DNA of 59,994 nt from a virus. Positions 54,740-59,994 of this stretch are shown piece by piece; position 1 is the first letter of the stretch, and every line of letters begins with the position of its first letter. The DNA is taken from the IMG/VR virus record IMGVR_UViG_3300029616_000006; one strand, 5' to 3'. The notes below the pieces were generated by a model. It saw nothing but the letters and a program-made list of their open reading frames with translations, searched no databases and was not told the DNA's origin. A program made the translations under genes and the position numbers.

Positions 54740-54960
54740 ATGATAAACCAGAAATAATTGTATTATATGTTGATAGAGATAATAACAATGCATTGCACCA
54801 AATACTATTAAATCCATTAGAGTTAAAAAGTTTAGGGGCACAAATAACAGATATATTTGCTAGAAAGGGTTCTGAGGTACTTGTAGGTGATAAAGTTCTT
54901 AGATTGTTTGAGGAGGTGTCCGAAGATGGCAAAGAAGATAGTAGGGGCATTCAAGACTGA
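54736..54960 (+). CDS. Hypothetical protein
   Basis: Packed ORF of 74 aa. Confidence 0.5.
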   Translation: MNDKPEIIVLYVDRDNNNALHQILLNPLELKSLGAQITDIFARKGSEVLVGDKVLRLFEEVSEDGKEDSRGIQD

Positions 54961-55411
54961 TTTTAGTGTGGTAGAGTTTTATACCATAATAGAAGATGTT
55001 AATGAATATACAGTTTTAAAGAAACAAACAACTGATGAGATTTGCCTATGGAATAATAAAACTCATTTATTTGCTAATCTTGGTATAATTAAAGGGGTAG
55101 AAGAAATTGGTGGATGGAAAGAGTTTATTAAGAATGTTGAATGTAATTGGCATTATGATATGGTATTCTTCTGGGCGACAAGTAAGTTTGCTACTGAATA
55201 TGGATTACCAGGGTATGATTTATTAGTTGATTTGTATAAAAGGTTAATTGAAATTAGGCAGTTTGATTATGATTATGCCAAAAATGTAGAAATGTTAGGA
55301 AACTATAGTATAATTGCACAATTCAGATATAGATTCTATATTTGGAAAGTAAGAAGACATCAACAAAAGGTATTGAATAAAATTATAAAGGAGTTTGAGG
55401 TTATATGGTAA
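54926..55411 (+). CDS. Hypothetical protein
   Basis: ATG 54926 follows GAGGAGGTG; the track's longer start has no SD. Confidence 0.55.
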   Translation: MAKKIVGAFKTDFSVVEFYTIIEDVNEYTVLKKQTTDEICLWNNKTHLFANLGIIKGVEEIGGWKEFIKNVECNWHYDMVFFWATSKFATEYGLPGYDLLVDLYKRLIEIRQFDYDYAKNVEMLGNYSIIAQFRYRFYIWKVRRHQQKVLNKIIKEFEVIW

Positions 55412-55767
55412 AATTAAGACAATATAAACTTGGTGATGAAATATGGACAAGACCAGGTGGAAGATGGAAAACACCATTTATCGTAGAAGTAATCTATAAA
55501 GGGTGGATAGTTGCAGTAAACAGAAAGCTAAAGAGTAATCCACAGTTTCTATTTATAAGAACCTATACTAATGAAGTATATAATGGTTCTAGCAGGTTTA
55601 TGAAATACGGTGTTGATAGTAAAACAAGTATAAAGGCATTTATAGATGGAATTATTCGTGGAGAATATAAACTTGAAAAGGATACTTGTACACCAATACA
55701 TATGATGTTGGCGGATACAGAATTCGATATACCAGAAAGAAGGGAGCAAGTTCATTATGGAGAATAG
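55405..55767 (+). CDS. Hypothetical protein
   Basis: AAGGAG SD; 120 aa. Confidence 0.55.
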   Translation: MVKLRQYKLGDEIWTRPGGRWKTPFIVEVIYKGWIVAVNRKLKSNPQFLFIRTYTNEVYNGSSRFMKYGVDSKTSIKAFIDGIIRGEYKLEKDTCTPIHMMLADTEFDIPERREQVHYGE

Positions 55768-56422
55768 ATTAGATGTATTATGGAATGAGTATAAGGAATT
55801 ACTATTAAGTACCAAAAGACAGGGTATAAAAGATTTAGTTGCTTGGTTAGAAGGAACAGATTTTATATATGCACCAGCAAGTACTAGATATCATTCAGCA
55901 CATCAAGGAGGGTTATTAGAACATAGTTTAAATGTATATTATGAACTAATAAGACAACAGGATGTTATTAAGTTATTAAATATACCTCAAGATACTTTAA
56001 TTATTACAGCGTTGTTACACGACATTTGTAAAGTTAATTATTATAAACAAGATGTTAGGAATGTTAAAAAGAATGGAACTTGGGTACAGGAGCCATATTA
56101 TACAGTTGATGATTATTTCCCAGTAGGTCATGGGGAGAAAAGTATTATAGTAGCACAAGAGTTTATTAAGTTAAATGATATTGAAGTTGCTATGATTAGA
56201 GGTCATATGGGAGGATTTGTAGCTGACCCTTACTTTAATGTATCAGCATTGTATAATAAATATCCAGAAGCATTGGTGTTACACATGGCAGATATGAGAG
56301 CAACATATTTAGTAGAATCTCCTGGTTTATTAGAGGATTTTAAAGAAAGATTAGGAGATTACATAATTAAGGATACAACTAACCAAATACGTAAAGATTA
56401 TACAATACCAGAAAGAAAGTAA
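55757..56422 (+). CDS. HD-domain phosphohydrolase (YhaM-like HD)
   Basis: RYHSAHQGGLLEHSLNV, ALLHDICK, GHGEKS motifs. Confidence 0.75.
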   Translation: MENRLDVLWNEYKELLLSTKRQGIKDLVAWLEGTDFIYAPASTRYHSAHQGGLLEHSLNVYYELIRQQDVIKLLNIPQDTLIITALLHDICKVNYYKQDVRNVKKNGTWVQEPYYTVDDYFPVGHGEKSIIVAQEFIKLNDIEVAMIRGHMGGFVADPYFNVSALYNKYPEALVLHMADMRATYLVESPGLLEDFKERLGDYIIKDTTNQIRKDYTIPERK

Positions 56423-56439
56423 ACTTTCTGGTACTTTTT
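56408..56439 (+). terminator. Rho-independent terminator
   Basis: CCAGAAAG / CTTTCTGG 8-bp stem, 8-nt loop, TACTTTTT tail. Confidence 0.75.
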
Positions 56440-56461
56440 GGTAGAAATTACCATTTATGAC

Positions 56462-56490
56462 TTGTTTTTCTCATAAAAGTATGCTATAAT
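56462..56490 (+). promoter_or_regulatory. Early sigma-A-type promoter P3 with extended -10
   Basis: TTGTTT, 17-nt spacer, TGcTATAAT; 38 nt (56453-56490) identical to 27290-27327. Confidence 0.75.
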
Positions 56491-56520
56491 TATATTGTAA
56501 ATAAGAAAGGAGTATATTAT

Positions 56521-56748
56521 ATGGAAAGAGATTTTAAAGATTTACAAGAAGAATTGAGAAAGGAAGTACTAAATTATTTGGTTAAGCAGCACATTGATTT
56601 ATCAAATAACAATCAAATAAATATAGCACTAGAAGATTTCTATTCAGATACTATAGTAGAATATATGGATAAACATGGATTAGAATTAGGATACGAAGTA
56701 TCTATAGCAGATGATAATAATATAAAAGTTGATATATGGCAATGGTAA
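56521..56748 (+). CDS. Hypothetical early acidic protein
   Basis: AAAGGAG SD; first gene after P3. Confidence 0.6.
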   Translation: MERDFKDLQEELRKEVLNYLVKQHIDLSNNNQINIALEDFYSDTIVEYMDKHGLELGYEVSIADDNNIKVDIWQW

Positions 56749-56768
56749 GAAAGGAAAGGTTAAGTTAT

Positions 56769-56960
56769 ATGAAAAAGAAAAGAAGATTAAGAAGTTGGGT
56801 TAAAGTTACATTAGCAGTTATTATAGGTGGAGTAATAATGGGTTTAGTATTAGCTGAAGGATTAAAGGGATTGGATGAAATGTACGAAGAATGCGATAAT
56901 GCTAAAGGTTATACTTGTAGTTATTACGAAGCTAGATTATATAGTATAAGAGGAGAATAA
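56769..56960 (+). CDS. Small membrane protein
   Basis: ATG 56769 follows AAAGGAAAGG; basic N-terminus plus TM helix VTLAVIIGGVIMGLVLA. Confidence 0.5.
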   Translation: MKKKRRLRSWVKVTLAVIIGGVIMGLVLAEGLKGLDEMYEECDNAKGYTCSYYEARLYSIRGE

Positions 56961-56964
56961 GCCT

Positions 56965-57162
56965 ATGGAAATAGAATTAAGAATATTATGTTATAACAAA
57001 AATGGTCATTGTATAAAAAGATATTTTAGAACTGAAAGTAACATCAAAGAATATATAGAAGAAGAAATAAGAGATTATTTAGAAAAAGAAGAGGCTGTAT
57101 ATGAGTATCTAAGAATACAATTTTATAATAATAAATGCATAGCAACGGCATTTAATGGTTAG
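56965..57162 (+). CDS. Hypothetical early protein
   Basis: AGAGGAG SD; 65 aa. Confidence 0.55.
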   Translation: MEIELRILCYNKNGHCIKRYFRTESNIKEYIEEEIRDYLEKEEAVYEYLRIQFYNNKCIATAFNG

Positions 57163-57220
57163 ATTAAAAGAGGGGGGTTGGCTAAGGTTATATTAGTAAT
57201 GAGGAAGGGGTAATAAGTCT

Positions 57221-57538
57221 ATGGGATTTATAAAAGATATTATTCAAGCACATGCCGATAAGAAAAATGATTTTATATCTGAATGGTATTGGAGAGCTAA
57301 GTATAATAAATTAGAAAATGAGTTTCAAGTATTTAAAGAAACTATGCAATGTGATTTATATAAAAAGATTGTAAAGGATTTGACCGAATCATTAGAAATT
57401 AAGCGGTTAAAGAGGACTATAGAAAGATTAAATAATAAATGTAATTTCTTATTAGAGGAGAGAAATAGATTATATGATGAAAATAAAATTCTTAAAAAGA
57501 AAGGTGGAACAAGTGAAGATGGCAAAGATGAAGGATAA
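57221..57538 (+). CDS. Hypothetical coiled-coil early protein
   Basis: GAGGAAGGGG SD. Confidence 0.55.
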   Translation: MGFIKDIIQAHADKKNDFISEWYWRAKYNKLENEFQVFKETMQCDLYKKIVKDLTESLEIKRLKRTIERLNNKCNFLLEERNRLYDENKILKKKGGTSEDGKDEG

Positions 57539-57992
57539 ACTTCTCAATAATCTAATAGATAGTATTGAGGCAATAACAGAGGCAGAAGGACAGATATTTG
57601 ATTATTGCCAACAATTGGAAGAGGTGCAAAGTAAGATTAGAGATATAGAGCATTATTTAGAGAATCATATTATTAGTAGAAGTGGCTCTATTGAGTTAAT
57701 ATCTTTATTGCAAGAATTAAGAATTGAGCGTAGACAAATAAAACAAATGTGGGAATTATGGAATACCTATGGATTAAATAGAGATAAGTTGAAAACAAAA
57801 GAATGGAGAGGTTTTTTAACTAGTGAATTACATAAGAAAGATAAACAGTTACAAACGGAATATAATTATAGAGCATTTACTGAAGAGTATTTAGATGAAT
57901 TAAATGAAGATAAACCGTTACCAAGAGGAAGAAAACCGAAAAATATTTCGTATAATAATATAGAGAAGGAGGAAGAAATAAATGAAGAATAA
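57519..57992 (+). CDS. Hypothetical coiled-coil early protein
   Basis: ATG 57519 follows AAGGTGG; start uncertain (57474-57519). Confidence 0.5.
   Translation: MAKMKDKLLNNLIDSIEAITEAEGQIFDYCQQLEEVQSKIRDIEHYLENHIISRSGSIELISLLQELRIERRQIKQMWELWNTYGLNRDKLKTKEWRGFLTSELHKKDKQLQTEYNYRAFTEEYLDELNEDKPLPRGRKPKNISYNNIEKEEEINEE
57949..57956 (+). promoter_or_regulatory. CGTATAAT promoter element (copy 7), inside the coding sequence
   Basis: AAAAATATTTCGTATAAT, then 7 nt, then AGAAGGAGG, then ATG 57982. Confidence 0.5.
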
Positions 57993-58191
57993 TACTAAAC
58001 CACAAAAGTATAAAAGGCTTCAAGGACAAGAATGGGATTTAGTAAAAGCAAACTTTAAGTTACTATATACTTATAAAAGCGATAAGGGTAACATTAAAGG
58101 AATCTATACCAATGGTGTAGATAAGGTTTCTCATTGGATGGATGAGGAAGAAAAGAAAGCATATCTAAGTAAAGAAAGAAAGGAGAAATAA
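57982..58191 (+). CDS. Hypothetical protein
   Basis: AAGGAGG SD; 69 aa. Confidence 0.55.
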   Translation: MKNNTKPQKYKRLQGQEWDLVKANFKLLYTYKSDKGNIKGIYTNGVDKVSHWMDEEEKKAYLSKERKEK

Positions 58192-58192
58192 T

Positions 58193-58612
58193 ATGTTTGG
58201 AATTGGAGAAATTAAAATTAACGCAAATGGAAAGAGTAAAGAAGAAGTAAAAGAAGAAATTATGAACGAGGTTAAAAAGAAAGTTGATGAAATGTTTGAA
58301 ATCAATGAAAAGATTGTAAATTCTCATAAGAAGGTAGAGAAGAAAGTCGAAGGACCAAAACCTGCTAAGATTTCATTAGTACTAGAGGAAGATAAAGAAA
58401 GAACAGGATTCAATGTAGAAACAAACATAGAGGTAGATGATTTATCTTATGAAGAACTAATGACAATGATTACAATGGGAGTTGCTAATCTATTTAAACA
58501 ATTGTTTGAAGAAGATGCTTTTCAAGGAATGATGGCAATAACACAAATGCTTCCAGTATTGATGGATGAGTATTTCAAAGATGAGGAGGATGAAGAAGAT
58601 GATGGAGAATAA
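58193..58612 (+). CDS. Hypothetical acidic protein
   Basis: AAAGGAGA SD; acidic C-terminus EEDEEDDGE. Confidence 0.55.
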   Translation: MFGIGEIKINANGKSKEEVKEEIMNEVKKKVDEMFEINEKIVNSHKKVEKKVEGPKPAKISLVLEEDKERTGFNVETNIEVDDLSYEELMTMITMGVANLFKQLFEEDAFQGMMAITQMLPVLMDEYFKDEEDEEDDGE

Positions 58613-58886
58613 ATTAAAAGAAGTTCCATTAGAGGAATTGGAATCCGAAGTAATTGAGGAGTTTCCAGATATTCCAGAGGAACAACCAATGCCACAAGAA
58701 CCATCAGTTGAAGAACAAATCAAAATGGCAACAGAAGAATTAGAAAGAAAGAATAATGATTTAACTCAACAAATCTATTATAAAGAACAAGAATGTAGAG
58801 AATTAAGAGCCGCAATGCAGAGTCAAGAAGAGAATTTCAATAGAGTTATTGCTGGTCTATGTATAACAATATTTGGTGGTAGATAA
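58599..58886 (+). CDS. Hypothetical acidic/coiled-coil protein
   Basis: ATG 58599 sits 9 nt after GAGGAGG. Confidence 0.5.
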   Translation: MMENKLKEVPLEELESEVIEEFPDIPEEQPMPQEPSVEEQIKMATEELERKNNDLTQQIYYKEQECRELRAAMQSQEENFNRVIAGLCITIFGGR

Positions 58887-59179
58887 TGCGAAGTAAAATA
58901 TTGTTAATAGAAAAATATAGCTTACCAATTATATTGCTAGTAACTTTAGTAATTGCGGTGTATAGTATATTTATTAGAATTGATAATAATAAACTAACAA
59001 TACAGAATTGCGAGTTAAAAGAGCAAATAAGTAAATTAGAAACAGAATTGGATAATAACAAAGAATTATTATTTGATAGAAATTATGAAATAGCTAGATT
59101 AAGAATGGAAGCGGATGAATGGAAAGAATTATTCTATGCAGAAATAGATTTCCATCCATACGAAGGTCCAGAATGGTAA
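58886..59179 (+). CDS. Membrane-anchored coiled-coil protein
   Basis: TM helix LPIILLVTLVIAVYSIFI followed by a coiled coil. Confidence 0.55.
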   Translation: MRSKILLIEKYSLPIILLVTLVIAVYSIFIRIDNNKLTIQNCELKEQISKLETELDNNKELLFDRNYEIARLRMEADEWKELFYAEIDFHPYEGPEW

Positions 59180-59182
59180 ATA

Positions 59183-59191
59183 ACATATAAT
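59183..59191 (+). promoter_or_regulatory. ACATATAAT -10-like element ahead of the ORF-free region
   Basis: Same 9-mer as at 3590 and 30956; predicted start near 59198. Confidence 0.4.
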
Positions 59192-59197
59192 ATAAAT

Positions 59198-59810
59198 ACA
59201 TTGGTTGTTAGTAGTAATGGCGCTGGATAAACGTATAGTATGCTAACGTAAAAAGGCTAAAGTAATAGGGGTACCATCCTTTCCCAATCAATATCTAAGG
59301 CATCTACCGAACGTAATCATAGCGCTAAAGGATATGGTTCGGAATAATATAGATGTAGGTGACCAAGCGGTGTACCTGGTATAACCAATGCCAAAGCAGC
59401 TGGTAGGTAGTTTACCTAGAATTAAACCGACTCTTGAGCTGGAGGACGATAGGAGAGGCAACAGTTTTGGATAGTTTAGATTAAGAACTAGATGGTCCTA
59501 ACTAGAGACAGGGGTGCTAGTTGGATTCCTATATCCGAAATAGGAGAATTGAATTGGTTTGACTTATGGAAAGACATATATGTTAGTTTGGTGGGGCATT
59601 CTACTAATATTAAAAACGCTCCAATTTATATATCTTCCGGATGCTAGGAGTAAGTAGATACAGAACTAAGTATTAGTAATAAAACTAGTTAGGTTACTAA
59701 TGGGCTAGGGAAAGTGAGTCGCCGAAAGAAGGGGCATCTATGATTACTATAGAAAATAACGTCGACAAGTATATAGTAAGAGTATCAGAGTTCAAATCTC
59801 TGTCGGAAGT
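59198..59810 (+). ncRNA. Candidate large structured ncRNA (~610 nt), class unassigned
   Basis: No ORF of 60 aa or more on either strand and no SD-led small ORF; visibly more G+C; candidate helices 59199-208/59381-390, 59391-97/59464-70, 59496-505/59517-25, 59527-32/59540-45, 59550-57/59621-28, 59672-79/59694-701. Confidence 0.5.
59634..59810 (+). ncRNA. tRNA-like module (acceptor stem + canonical T-arm) around a ~135-nt insert
   Basis: CUUCCGG (59634-40) pairs with UCGGAAG (59803-09); T-arm CAGAG-UUCAAAU-CUCUG (59786-802) has G53-T54-T55-C56-A57-A58...C61; no standard D or anticodon arm. Confidence 0.45.
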
Positions 59811-59910
59811 AAGTAACAAGTTCATTATTTTCAATACTCCTTTCTATAACTTTAAGTAGTTTTCTTATTCATAGAATCCAATTGAAAATAGTGAAAAATA
59901 ACCTTTCTTT

Positions 59911-59951
59911 GGATATTATCTAGTAGTGCTGGGATAATATCCATTTTTTTT
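59911..59951 (+). terminator. Strong Rho-independent terminator (3' part duplicated at 1..40)
   Basis: GGATATTATC / GATAATATCC perfect 10-bp stem, 12-nt loop, then A and T8. Confidence 0.85.
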
Positions 59952-59994
59952 ACCGAAATATTGCTTGTAAAATTACATGTTGTCACATGATATC
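59912..59994. repeat. Terminal redundancy, right copy (identical to 1..83)
   Basis: 83/83 nt identity with the window start. Confidence 0.95.

Noticed and set aside
137-59061. About 30 minus-strand ORFs of 60-159 aa in the supplied track (for example 137-415, 3221-3445, 15444-15779, 32560-33039, 58846-59061)
   Set aside because: All lie antisense to well-supported + strand genes. They have low-complexity Ile/Leu/Ser/Phe-rich translations typical of the reverse strand of AT-rich coding DNA, and they lack SD sequences. I treat them as artefacts.
59634-59810. tmRNA (SsrA) interpretation of the tRNA-like module
   Set aside because: The insert is only about 135 nt. I found no convincing resume codon or tag ORF; the best frame gives KITSTSI followed by two stops, which is unlike known tags. 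Position 1 is C and no CCA is encoded. The topology resembles a tmRNA tRNA-like domain, but the mRNA-like part is missing.
59786-59810. T-arm plus acceptor 3' strand as an attP core for integration into a host tRNA gene
   Set aside because: No integrase, recombinase, excisionase pair or repressor is recognisable anywhere in the genome. The gene content looks strictly lytic, with its own replisome and sigma factors.
59835-59846. 12-nt perfect complementarity (ATACTCCTTTCT) to the SD region AGAAAGGAGTAT of the first P3 gene (56505-56516), suggesting antisense control
   Set aside because: Most of the match is the generic SD complement. With about 90 SD sites in an AT-rich genome, a 12-nt match to one of them is not clearly above chance.
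1-59994. CRISPR arrays, rRNA genes, canonical tRNA genes, transposases or IS elements
   Set aside because: I found no regularly spaced repeats, no rRNA-like sequence, no cloverleaf apart from the partial tRNA-like module, and no transposase-like ORF.

Overview
The window is one complete, AT-rich dsDNA phage genome. The first 83 nt are repeated exactly at the end, which gives a 59,911-bp unit. All credible genes lie on the + strand, and the minus-strand ORFs in the track look like antisense artefacts.

Layout:
- 1-229: direct repeats and early promoter P1.
- 230-616: an isolated early gene.
- 822-27201: the structural and lysis block. It holds TerL, portal, a MuF-like protein, scaffold, a lambda-E-like capsid protein, a PBSX/Xkd-like contractile tail with baseplate, four tandem fibre-tip paralogs, holin and a GH25 endolysin.
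- 27359-31286: an early operon that includes an SNF2 helicase.
- 31399-56422: replication, recombination and modification genes. These are two sigma-like factors, DnaB-like helicase, primase, gp32-like SSB, family-A polymerase, beta-clamp, a three-subunit clamp loader, RecA-like recombinase, nucleases and a TerS-like protein.
- 40414-45132, inside that block: a full 7-deazaguanine DNA-modification cluster (DpdA, ArcS-like protein, QueC, YhhQ, QueD, QueE, FolE).
- 56521-59179: a third early operon of small proteins.

Most notable observations:
- About 730 nt (59180-59910) have no ORF and look G+C-enriched. The region has its own -10 box, the strongest terminator in the genome, many candidate helices and an embedded tRNA-like acceptor/T-arm module. 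It is a candidate large structured ncRNA.
- A possible preQ1-I riboswitch sits in front of the phage yhhQ.
- A CGTATAAT-N7-SD promoter family occurs seven times, three of them inside coding sequence. It is plausibly read by the phage sigma factors.
- An A9 slippery run could fuse a head-decoration-like protein to an SD-less downstream ORF by a -1 shift.
- Four tandem fibre-tip paralogs are present, the first fused to the XkdR-like spike.

No composition values, database searches or RNA folds were computed. All calls come from reading the sequence and the supplied translations.
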